From positions 510,001-542,000 of the forward strand of contig OY969931.1 in NCBI GenBank assembly GCA_963704705.1: 32,000 nt of DNA. Direction: 5' to 3'. A program made the translations under genes and the position numbers. This document shows positions 7,773-16,096 of this stretch, piece after piece (within the stretch, counting starts at the first letter, position 1; every line of letters starts with the position of its first letter). The notes under the pieces were generated by a model. The model searched no databases. It saw only the letters and a program-made list of their open reading frames with translations, and was not told the DNA's origin. This DNA is from an uncultured bacterium. Its GTDB lineage: Bacteria; Patescibacteriota; Gracilibacteria; UBA1369; PNNO01.

Positions 7773-8931
7773 AAAGCATTTCTTTATGCTTGTGGGATTT
7801 CTACTGGTGACTGCTTACCCTGTTTATTTGTTGTCTTCTGATCTTTCAGCTCATTTTATTATTGAACATCAATATAGTCCTAATTTTGAGGTTAATGTTG
7901 ATTATGATTTGGATTTAAATGTTTATGAAAATATTAACAATCAAATAAGTTTTACTGAGAAAGTATTGGACTCTATCAATAATGCACAAGAAGAAATATA
8001 TATAGCAATGTATTCATTTAATATAGAAGAAATTAGAGATGCATTGGTTAAGGCTGAAGAAAGAGGTGTTAAGGTAGTTCTTTATTATCATAATTCCAAG
8101 AGTTTGAAGATGGATGAATTTTTGGGAGATGTTAAAGACAAATTAGATGTCAGATATGTAGCAAAAATTGAAGGTGGAGAAAGTTATTATAATCTTCATC
8201 ATAAATTTATGATTGTTGATCCGAATCTTGAGACCAGGATTTTATTAACCGGCCCATGGAACTGGTCACATTTTCAGGAGGATTTAGATCCTAATATTAT
8301 AATCGAAACTCATGATAAAGAAATTATAAGTAGCTATATGCAGGAAATCGGAAGAATTGACAGAGGTTATTCTGGATATTTTAAATTCAGGGATTTAACT
8401 TATCTTCCTTGGGATAAATTGATTAATTATCCGAATGGTGAAAGTGTTGAAATTTGGTGGTCACCTGGAAGAAATGCCAATTCAATCGAAGGAAGGGTTA
8501 TTGCATTAATTAAAGAAGCAAAAAATAAAATTGATGTAAGTATGACTCAATTTGATTCGTATCAAATTGCTACATGGCTTATAAGAAGGGCTAAAGACGG
8601 AGTTAAGGTAAGAATGATAGTAAGTGCCAATACTGTTGAAGACGAACAATCAATTGTTCCATGGTTTAAAAATAAAATTAAAGAATTGAATTTAAATATT
8701 GAAGTGTATGAAGGAGGCACTTTAGCTACAGAAGAGAATCCTGAGTATTCGATTTTTCATCATCACAATATGATTATTGACGATAAAGTAACATTTACAA
8801 GCACGGCAAACTGGACGTTTGGAGGATTTTTTGCGAATGATGAAAACAGTATGGTAATTACAAGTGAAAAAATTACAAAAGATTTTCAAAATATATTTGA
8901 TAACTATTTAAATTACCTAAATAATAAATAA
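7726..8931 (+). CDS. Membrane-anchored phospholipase D (HKD) superfamily protein, nuclease-like
   Basis: First motif 'HHKFMIVD...GPWNWS', second motif 'HHHNMIIDDKVTFTSTANWTF'; N-terminal TM. Internal ATG at 7726 preferred over the track start at 7687. Confidence 0.8.
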   Translation: MTKRSSLIRPSLKRYKKHFFMLVGFLLVTAYPVYLLSSDLSAHFIIEHQYSPNFEVNVDYDLDLNVYENINNQISFTEKVLDSINNAQEEIYIAMYSFNIEEIRDALVKAEERGVKVVLYYHNSKSLKMDEFLGDVKDKLDVRYVAKIEGGESYYNLHHKFMIVDPNLETRILLTGPWNWSHFQEDLDPNIIIETHDKEIISSYMQEIGRIDRGYSGYFKFRDLTYLPWDKLINYPNGESVEIWWSPGRNANSIEGRVIALIKEAKNKIDVSMTQFDSYQIATWLIRRAKDGVKVRMIVSANTVEDEQSIVPWFKNKIKELNLNIEVYEGGTLATEENPEYSIFHHHNMIIDDKVTFTSTANWTFGGFFANDENSMVITSEKITKDFQNIFDNYLNYLNNK

Positions 8932-8932
8932 T

Positions 8933-10042
8933 ATGGATTATGCATTTATCGGACAAGCAGCGATTGTTGTCATTCTGGCATTAATTCCAGCCTTAATTTG
9001 GTTGCGTATTTGGAGAGGGAAAAGAAGTTCCAAAACAGGAAAACGATATATGCTTTTAGCTTTTGCTTTGGGAGCTTTGTCTGTTTTTCCTGTATTCTTT
9101 GTACATTGGATTTGGGCTACATTTCCCCAAACAGATGTTATTAATTTAATTACTCAGGTAGAGGTTACACCCAAACAAAAAGTTATTATCCTGTTTACTA
9201 TAGTTGCGATTGTTGAAGAAGTAGCTAAATTTTTGGTTGTACTATCTATTGATAAATCTTCAAAACTTGTAAGATCCATTCATGACGCGATTAAATTTGG
9301 AGTAACAGCTGGGCTTGGATTTGCTTTTGCGGAAAATATTTATTATTTTTATACAGTTGGTGTAAATATGCAGTTAGTGCAGTTTATTGCTTTATTTACT
9401 TTTAGATCATTAATCACTGTTTGCGGACATTTAATCTTTTCAGGTGTATTCGGTAATTATTATGGTATATCTAAATTTTCCAAATCATATGCTACTCAGG
9501 CTTACTGGGGAAATACAAGAAAACTTGATAAACGATCGCTAACTGATCAGCAATTGGACAGAAAAGCATTTATTTTCAGAAAAATGATGATCGCTAAAGG
9601 ACTTACATATGCTGTTGTTTTGCATGCCATGTTTAATTACTTTTTGGAAAATCAAATGGTAAGTTATGTTTTATGGCTAATTGGAATAAGTCTTATTTAT
9701 CTGGTTTATTTATACAAAAGGAGAAGCGGATATATTAATGTTTTATATAGAGAATCCAAATTTTCACATATGAGAGATAGAGATAAAGATGTTGTGCTTG
9801 AATTACTTGGCATGTGGTACAAAGAAGGCAAATATATGCAGGTAATAGATACCTCAAAAAGATTATTAAAAAAAGATCCAAACAACCCATTAATACGTTT
9901 ATTTTTAAATAAAGCTGTTGATAACCAGAAATTTATTGATGCATATAGTGCAATCAGGAATCTTTTCTTTCCAAAAAATTATCTAGAAGGATTGGATGAA
10001 GAAGAATTTGATGAAGAAGAAAAAAATGAAAAATCGACTTAA
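8933..10042 (+). CDS. PrsW-family intramembrane metalloprotease with C-terminal TPR-like tail
   Basis: 'VEEVAKFLVV', 'GLGFAFAENIYYF', 'GHLIFSGVFG', 'LHAMFNYFL' within a multi-TM protein. Confidence 0.8.
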   Translation: MDYAFIGQAAIVVILALIPALIWLRIWRGKRSSKTGKRYMLLAFALGALSVFPVFFVHWIWATFPQTDVINLITQVEVTPKQKVIILFTIVAIVEEVAKFLVVLSIDKSSKLVRSIHDAIKFGVTAGLGFAFAENIYYFYTVGVNMQLVQFIALFTFRSLITVCGHLIFSGVFGNYYGISKFSKSYATQAYWGNTRKLDKRSLTDQQLDRKAFIFRKMMIAKGLTYAVVLHAMFNYFLENQMVSYVLWLIGISLIYLVYLYKRRSGYINVLYRESKFSHMRDRDKDVVLELLGMWYKEGKYMQVIDTSKRLLKKDPNNPLIRLFLNKAVDNQKFIDAYSAIRNLFFPKNYLEGLDEEEFDEEEKNEKST

Positions 10043-10071
10043 TTGACAGGTAAGCGATAATAACGTATAAT
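10043..10071 (+). promoter_or_regulatory. Consensus sigma70-type promoter
   Basis: TTGACA (10043-10048), 17-nt spacer, TATAAT (10066-10071). Confidence 0.8.
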
Positions 10072-10114
10072 ATAGGAGGTAAAAATAATTAATATTCTTT
10101 AAATAAAAACAAAA

Positions 10115-10687
10115 ATGGAAGAAAACAAAAAACCAGTTCCACCAATGATGGAACAAAAATTAGTAAAATTTGAGATCGGAAAATTGCTTGCATTAGTCAT
10201 TACTGTAGTTGTAGTTGCAGGTGTTGCAGGTATATTCCTTACTTCAAATTATTTTAAGGGTGATCTTGGTGATGCTCAAAACGGAGCATTAAGTCAAGAT
10301 GAAGAATTTGCTTTACAGCAGAATTGTAATACTTTTACAATTCCACAAATTCAGGAGAGATTATCAAGTTCTTATGTAACTGCTGAAGAAAAAAGTATTC
10401 TTCATGCATGTATGAATGAATTATATGAAGATAGATCAACAGTACCTCAGATAGTTCCAAAAGATGATGACACTGTAAATACAACAGTACCTCAGATAGT
10501 TCCAAGAGATGATGATACTGTAAATACAACAGTACCTCAGATAGTTCCAAAAGATGATGACACTGTAAATACAACAGTACCTGCGATAGTTCCAAAAGAT
10601 GATGACACTGTAAATACAACAGTACCTCAGATAGTTCCAAGAGATGATGATACTGTAAATACAACAGTACCTGCGATAAAAAAATAA
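10115..10687 (+). CDS. Single-TM protein with 15-aa tandem repeats
   Basis: TM 'LLALVITVVVVAGVAGIFL' then repeats of 'TTVPQIVP(K/R)DDDTVN'. Confidence 0.75.
   Translation: MEENKKPVPPMMEQKLVKFEIGKLLALVITVVVVAGVAGIFLTSNYFKGDLGDAQNGALSQDEEFALQQNCNTFTIPQIQERLSSSYVTAEEKSILHACMNELYEDRSTVPQIVPKDDDTVNTTVPQIVPRDDDTVNTTVPQIVPKDDDTVNTTVPAIVPKDDDTVNTTVPQIVPRDDDTVNTTVPAIKK
10436..10680 (+). repeat. 45-bp tandem repeat, five full copies plus a partial sixth
   Basis: Unit acaacagtacctcagatagttccaaaagatgatgacactgtaaat; copies start at 10436, 10481, 10526, 10571, 10616, 10661. Confidence 0.95.
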
Positions 10688-10712
10688 AAGTATTTTAATA
10701 ATTTAAAATTTT

Positions 10713-10749
10713 AAAGGGTTCCATTGCATATGCTTGGTACCCTTTTTTT
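10713..10749 (+). terminator. Rho-independent terminator
   Basis: AAAGGGT(T)CCA...TGG(T)ACCCTTTTTTT directly after the repeat-protein gene. Confidence 0.8.
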
Positions 10750-10810
10750 ATTGCATTCATTTTCTATTTTAAGTAAGCTAAAATCATCATACTTCATAAC
10801 AAATTTGATT

Positions 10811-11578
10811 ATGGAAGCTTTAGTTGTTTTTTATCCGATTTTTATAATTGTCGGTATTATTGTTTTAGTGAGCATTCGGCAGATTAATGAGTATCAACGC
10901 GGTGTTATGTTCACTTTGGGTAAATATACAGGCACTAAAATGCCGGGATGGCGCTTGGTTATACCGATATTTCAAAGTATGCGAAAAGTTGATATTCGTA
11001 CAAAAGCAGTTGATGTACCAGATCAGGAAGCAATTACAAAAGATAATGTTTCTATTCATATTAATGCGGTAATTTATTACAAAATTTCAGCAGCTGATAA
11101 GTCAATTATTGCAGTTGAGAATTTTTATTGGGCTATCAGCCAGCTTGCGCAAACTACAATGCGTAATGCGGTTGGTGAAGTAAGCTTAGATGATTTATTG
11201 AAAAATAGAGATCAAATCGCACACAGAATTCAGCAAATTGTTGATAAAGCTTCTGACCCTTGGGGTATTAAAGTTGAATCAGTTGAGTTAAAAGATATTG
11301 TACTTCCGGCAGATTTAAAAAGAACAATGGCAAAAGAAGCAGAAGCTGAACGTGAAAAACGTGCTGTTATCATTAGAGCTGCAGGTGAAGTTGAGGCAGC
11401 TGATAATATGGCAATAGCTGCAAAAATGTTAAATTCAGCTCCTGGGGCACTTCACTTAAGAACTCTTCAGACAATTAATGATCTATCATCAGATCAATCA
11501 AACACAACTATCTGGATGGTTCCTATTGAAGCGCTTAAAGCACTTGATACCATTTCAAAGAAAGGTATTCGGGAATAG
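10811..11578 (+). CDS. SPFH/stomatin-like protein (slipin family)
   Basis: 'INEYQRGVMFTLGKYTGTKMPGWRLVIPIFQSMRKVDIRTKAVDVPDQEAITKDNVSIHINAVIYYKI'. The track start at 10724 lies inside the terminator, so ATG 10811 is preferred. Confidence 0.85.
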   Translation: MEALVVFYPIFIIVGIIVLVSIRQINEYQRGVMFTLGKYTGTKMPGWRLVIPIFQSMRKVDIRTKAVDVPDQEAITKDNVSIHINAVIYYKISAADKSIIAVENFYWAISQLAQTTMRNAVGEVSLDDLLKNRDQIAHRIQQIVDKASDPWGIKVESVELKDIVLPADLKRTMAKEAEAEREKRAVIIRAAGEVEAADNMAIAAKMLNSAPGALHLRTLQTINDLSSDQSNTTIWMVPIEALKALDTISKKGIRE

Positions 11579-11696
11579 CGTGAATACACACTAAGTTCAA
11601 AAAGATAATTGAATTTTTACGCAAAATAGGTGTTATTCATAGTTATTTTTCAACTTGGGAATATAATGAAACAGAGGATTGTATGATTCAAACATC

Positions 11697-11724
11697 TTGA
11701 CAAAAATAATAAATTTGCTATAAT
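11697..11724 (+). promoter_or_regulatory. Consensus sigma70-type promoter
   Basis: TTGACA (11697-11702), 16-nt spacer, TATAAT (11719-11724), 28 nt before ATG 11753. Confidence 0.75.
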
Positions 11725-11752
11725 TACAATCCTATCATTAATAATTTTCAAA

Positions 11753-12340
11753 ATGAGTGAAATGGATACAAATGAAACTTCACCACTTTCTAAAGAATTC
11801 GTTGATCTGATGGATGAATTTATGGGGGAACAAATTATCAGTTTCACTGCTTGGCAAGAAATAATAGCATGTGAAACCGAAGAAGCTGCCCGAAAAATAT
11901 TTGAGGCACAGTTCGATTCACCTGAGCACGCTAAAGAAGCTGAAGCTTATCTGACTAATTACATACGGGGATGTAATGCTGTATTAGCTGATGAAAATGC
12001 ACTTAAAATGAAAAAATTACATCCATCAATGACTGATTTATTAGTAAAAATGACTGAACTTGGATCTAAAAGAATGATTCAATATCTTGCTGAACTTAGA
12101 GAAAGCCCGTCAATGACAATTAAACAAGTTAGAGAAAGGTGCAAGGAAGATCTTGCTAGATTTGAAGCAGCTAATATAACTGAAGTTGCAGTTCAGGTTT
12201 ATAGAACAGCAGTTTATGAAGCTATGTCTAAATATAAGGGTGAATTGACTCAAGAACAGAAAGCTGCATTTAGAGCTGAATTAGAAGCATTAGAAGTTAA
12301 ATTTCATGAAACTTTAAATGGAAGCCTTGAAATAGCTTAA
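11753..12340 (+). CDS. Hypothetical acidic, helical protein
   Basis: Good ORF behind a consensus promoter; no family recognised. Confidence 0.65.
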   Translation: MSEMDTNETSPLSKEFVDLMDEFMGEQIISFTAWQEIIACETEEAARKIFEAQFDSPEHAKEAEAYLTNYIRGCNAVLADENALKMKKLHPSMTDLLVKMTELGSKRMIQYLAELRESPSMTIKQVRERCKEDLARFEAANITEVAVQVYRTAVYEAMSKYKGELTQEQKAAFRAELEALEVKFHETLNGSLEIA

Positions 12341-13650
12341 GAACGTAATTTTTTCATGTGATCCACTCGTTTCTGAATAAGTGCATCTGTTCCTATATCA
12401 TCTCTATAAAATACTTTGCCGCTAACGCTTGAAAGAGCTGAGGCGGCTATTTTTTCAGCTTCGCTGATTGTGTCTGCTATTCCGACAAATGCAAGTGCGC
12501 GCGAGCCGCTCATATAAATGCCGTCTTCTTTTTCATCAACAGAAGCATAATATAATTTTACTCCTTCCGGCACCTCGCCAATTTCAATTTTTTCGCCTTT
12601 TACAGGGTTTTCAGGATAACCTTTCGGCACAACATATTTGCAGACTGTAGCTTTCATATCAAATCTTGCATCATACATATGTAAAGTTCCTTCGATAATA
12701 TGTTCGCATAATGTCACAAAATCGCTTTTTAAAATCGGCAGCACGTTCATGGCTTCAGGATCACCAAAACGAGCGTTGTATTCGATTAAACCAAGCCCTT
12801 TCGCAGTTGCAATAAACCCGCCGTACATAATTCCTTTGAATTCGCAGCCGGTTTCATCAAATAAAGCTTTTGCTGTTCTTTGAGTAATTTCAATTGCTTT
12901 TGCAACATCTTCAGGCTTGATAAAAGGCAATAAGTGATTCGCATCACTATATGTCCCCATTCCACCTGTATTAGGACCTGTATCGCCGTTAAAAGCGCGT
13001 TTGTGGTCTTGCACAGCAGGCATTGGGATAACTGTTTTACCATCACAAAAACACATTAAGCTGAATTCTTCTCCCACAAATTTTTCTTCAATTACAACGC
13101 GGCCGAATTTTTCTATGCATTTTGATGCCCATTCAATTCCTTCTTCTTTATTTTCAATATGTTCACCACTTACTTTTACACCTTTCCCGCCCATTAATCC
13201 GTCTGCTTTAACCACATATTCGCCGCCCAATTCATCAATGAATTCAGCCATTCCTTCTGGTTTTGTGAAAACTTTGAATTTAGGATTACCAGGTACATCG
13301 TGTTTAGCCAGTAAATCGCGAGTAAATGATTTTGATGATTCAAGTCTTGCAACTGTTTTTAGTGGTGCCATTGATCTAACTTCGACTTCCAGCAAAGCAT
13401 CAACACATCCGTCAGCAATAGGATCATCAGGGCCTACAATTGCAAAATCCACACCTTCTTCTGTTGCCAATTTTTTAAGTTCATCAAATTTATCCAACGG
13501 ACCGATTTCATAACGGTCAGCAAGTTTTGCTATACCCGGATTTTTAGCTTTGCCATAGGCAATAAGCGAAATATCCTGCGGGCTTCTTTTAAGTGCTTCT
13601 GCTATTACATGTTCTCGTGCACCATTACCCACTAATAATACTTTTTTCAT
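12337..13650 (-). CDS. purD: Phosphoribosylamine--glycine ligase
   Basis: 'KKVLLVGNGAREHVIAEAL', 'VVKADGLMGGKGVKV', 'HKRAFNGDTGPNTGGMGTYS', 'NARFGDPEAMNVLP'. Confidence 0.95.
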   Translation of the reverse strand: MKKVLLVGNGAREHVIAEALKRSPQDISLIAYGKAKNPGIAKLADRYEIGPLDKFDELKKLATEEGVDFAIVGPDDPIADGCVDALLEVEVRSMAPLKTVARLESSKSFTRDLLAKHDVPGNPKFKVFTKPEGMAEFIDELGGEYVVKADGLMGGKGVKVSGEHIENKEEGIEWASKCIEKFGRVVIEEKFVGEEFSLMCFCDGKTVIPMPAVQDHKRAFNGDTGPNTGGMGTYSDANHLLPFIKPEDVAKAIEITQRTAKALFDETGCEFKGIMYGGFIATAKGLGLIEYNARFGDPEAMNVLPILKSDFVTLCEHIIEGTLHMYDARFDMKATVCKYVVPKGYPENPVKGEKIEIGEVPEGVKLYYASVDEKEDGIYMSGSRALAFVGIADTISEAEKIAASALSSVSGKVFYRDDIGTDALIQKRVDHMKKLRS

Positions 13651-13662
13651 GATTAAATATAG

Positions 13663-15150
13663 TTAAAGTAGAGTCATTGGTTCTCCCTGGTCTTCTTTCA
13701 AAGGATGAGCTTTTCGACGTATTTCTTCAGCTTCTTTTAATGTTTTTTCAGTAACTTCAGGTGTTGGATATTTGCCCGTGAAACACGCTCCGCAGAAGGT
13801 TTTAATGTCTTTATTTCCCATATGAGCCGCTTTTATAAGATCTTTAAGATCCTGATAAATAACTTTATCAGCGCCAATCACTTTTGCGATTGTTTCATTT
13901 TTAATATTATATGCCACAAAATCTTTTCTTGTAGGCATATCAACCCCGTAAACACATGGAGATATTAATGGGGGAGCACAAGAGGCGATATAAACCTTTT
14001 TAGCGCCTGCGTTTCTGCACATCTCGATTATTTTTTTGGATGTATTTCCGCGAACTATACTATCGTCAACCAATAAAATATCTTTGTCTTTTAATTCAAG
14101 CGGAATCGGATTTAATTTGAATTTAATTGATTTTCTGCGAATTGCCTGACCCGGCATAATAAAAGTACGTCCGATATATCTGTTTTTAACTAAACCTTCT
14201 CTGTATTTAACGCCAAGTTTGTGAGCAAGAGGAATTGCCGAGCTTCGTGAACTGTCAGGAACCGGTATAACAACATCAATTTTGAGTTTTTCTTTTTTAA
14301 TTTTTTCAGCAAGGTATTCCCCAAGTCTTAATCGTGTTTTATAAACATTAATTTTATCAATTGTTGAGTCAGGACGCGCTATATAAACCCATTCAAATAA
14401 GCAATGTGCTCTTGGTTTATTTGGAGCGCAAATTTTTCTGTGAATATTATTCTCTTTATCAATAAATACAACTTCTCCCGGCTCAATATCACCGATTAAT
14501 TCATATTCCAAAGTATCAACAGCAACACTTTCAGAAGCGATTATGTAATTTGTTTTTAAAGTGGATTTTTTTTGGCCCATACAAAGAGGTCTGATTCCAT
14601 ATGGATCTCTAAATGCAACCATCCCATGTCCGCCAATCAAAGTTATTACACTGTAACTGCCTTTAACCCTTTTAAATACTCTTTTCATTGCTTCAAATAT
14701 ATTTTCAGGGTTCATTTTTTTAACTTTCTCGGCTCTGAATTCGTGGGCAACAACATTTAATAAAACTTCGGAATCACTGCTTGTATTTAAAAATCTTTTA
14801 TCATGATCAATAACTTCTTTTTTAAGCTGATCATAATTTGTTAAATTTCCGTTATGTACAAGCGCAATACCATAAGGAGAATTTACATAAAAAGGCTGTG
14901 ATTCTGTTGCTTTATAACTTCCTGCGGTTGGATATCGGACATGCGCAATTCCCATTGAGCCTGTAAGCCTCATCATGTTTTTTGTTCTGAATACATCACG
15001 CGCAAGACCATTGCCCTTTTTTAAATGAAAATGATCATCAAAAGTAACTATTCCAGCGGAATCCTGGCCACGATGCTGTAATGTGATCAGGCCGTCGTAC
15101 AATTCAGGTGCCACATTTTCTGATCCCATAATACCTAAGATTCCACACAT
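13663..15150 (-). CDS. purF: Amidophosphoribosyltransferase
   Basis: N-terminal 'MCGILGIMG', 'LITLQHRGQDSAGI', PRPP motif 'ILLVDDSIVRGNTSKK'; cysteines matching the Fe-S type. Confidence 0.95.
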   Translation of the reverse strand: MCGILGIMGSENVAPELYDGLITLQHRGQDSAGIVTFDDHFHLKKGNGLARDVFRTKNMMRLTGSMGIAHVRYPTAGSYKATESQPFYVNSPYGIALVHNGNLTNYDQLKKEVIDHDKRFLNTSSDSEVLLNVVAHEFRAEKVKKMNPENIFEAMKRVFKRVKGSYSVITLIGGHGMVAFRDPYGIRPLCMGQKKSTLKTNYIIASESVAVDTLEYELIGDIEPGEVVFIDKENNIHRKICAPNKPRAHCLFEWVYIARPDSTIDKINVYKTRLRLGEYLAEKIKKEKLKIDVVIPVPDSSRSSAIPLAHKLGVKYREGLVKNRYIGRTFIMPGQAIRRKSIKFKLNPIPLELKDKDILLVDDSIVRGNTSKKIIEMCRNAGAKKVYIASCAPPLISPCVYGVDMPTRKDFVAYNIKNETIAKVIGADKVIYQDLKDLIKAAHMGNKDIKTFCGACFTGKYPTPEVTEKTLKEAEEIRRKAHPLKEDQGEPMTLL

Positions 15151-15164
15151 GAGCGCTTTGGTTA

Positions 15165-16022
15165 TTATATATTATTAAGCCGTTTAGCGGCTTTAACTGT
15201 ATTTTCCATTAAGCACGCCACTGTCATTGGTCCTGCGCCTCCTGGTACTGGAGTAATATAAGACGCTTTTGGTTCAATTTTTTCAAAATCGCAGTCACCG
15301 CGAAGTTTGCCGTCTTCCATTCTGTTTGTTCCTATATCAATAACAACGGCTCCTTCTTTAACCATATCCTCGGTAATCAAATTAGGTTTTCCAACAGCAA
15401 CACAAAGCAAATCAGCATTTAAAGTATGTTTTTTTAGATCTTTGGTTTTGATATGACATGTTGTCGGAGTTGCACCGCGATTGAGAAGCATTGTTGATAA
15501 TGGTTTACCAACAATATTACTTGCGCCAACAATTGTGGCATCCATTCCTTCTACGTTAATATCATAATATTCAAGCATTTTAATCACACCTGCAGGAGTG
15601 CATGGCGGTAAATCTTCAAATTCAGTACCTAAAAACATTTTCCCTAGGTTGTAAGCAGTAAATCCATCAACGTCTTTATGCGGGTCAATTGCCCGGATAA
15701 CCTTTGGAACTTCAAAGTGCTCAGGCAAAGGAAGCTGTACCAAAATTCCATGAATAGAATAATCCTGATTTAACTCCTCGATTTTATCTAAAAGTTCAGC
15801 CTGGCTTAAGTTTGTATCATAATCAAATTGTACCCATTCAATGCCGGTTTTTTCACAGGCTTTTCTTTTTTGTTTGATATAAGAAAGGCTGGCTGGATTG
15901 TCTCCAACCAAAATAACAGCCAGTTTTGGCTGCAGGGTGTGTTCCTTTTTCAATTTATCTACCTCTTTAGCAAGATTTTCGTATATCTCATTAGCTATTT
16001 TTTTGCCATCTATAAGCGCCAT
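15165..16022 (-). CDS. folD: Bifunctional methylenetetrahydrofolate dehydrogenase/cyclohydrolase
   Basis: 'PKLAVILVGDNPASLSYIKQKRKACEKTGI', 'GILVQLPLPEH', 'PCTPAGVIKMLEYY', 'YITPVPGGAGPMTVACLMENT'. Confidence 0.95.
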   Translation of the reverse strand: MALIDGKKIANEIYENLAKEVDKLKKEHTLQPKLAVILVGDNPASLSYIKQKRKACEKTGIEWVQFDYDTNLSQAELLDKIEELNQDYSIHGILVQLPLPEHFEVPKVIRAIDPHKDVDGFTAYNLGKMFLGTEFEDLPPCTPAGVIKMLEYYDINVEGMDATIVGASNIVGKPLSTMLLNRGATPTTCHIKTKDLKKHTLNADLLCVAVGKPNLITEDMVKEGAVVIDIGTNRMEDGKLRGDCDFEKIEPKASYITPVPGGAGPMTVACLMENTVKAAKRLNNI

Positions 16023-16096
16023 ATTTGAAAAACCTTAGGACGGGCTTAATATTAACATTTAAGCTGAAAAAGTGGAAGGGGATTTTGGAATTACAC

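Noticed and set aside
10335-10664. Minus-strand 109-aa ORF
   Set aside because: Antisense shadow of the 45-bp tandem repeat; the period being a multiple of three keeps it open.
10436-10680. Possible CRISPR-like array
   Set aside because: The 45-bp units are directly abutting without spacers and are in frame in a coding sequence.
10724-10810. N-terminal extension of slipin ORF
   Set aside because: TTG start lies within a rho-independent terminator; ATG 10811 gives a standard slipin N-terminus.
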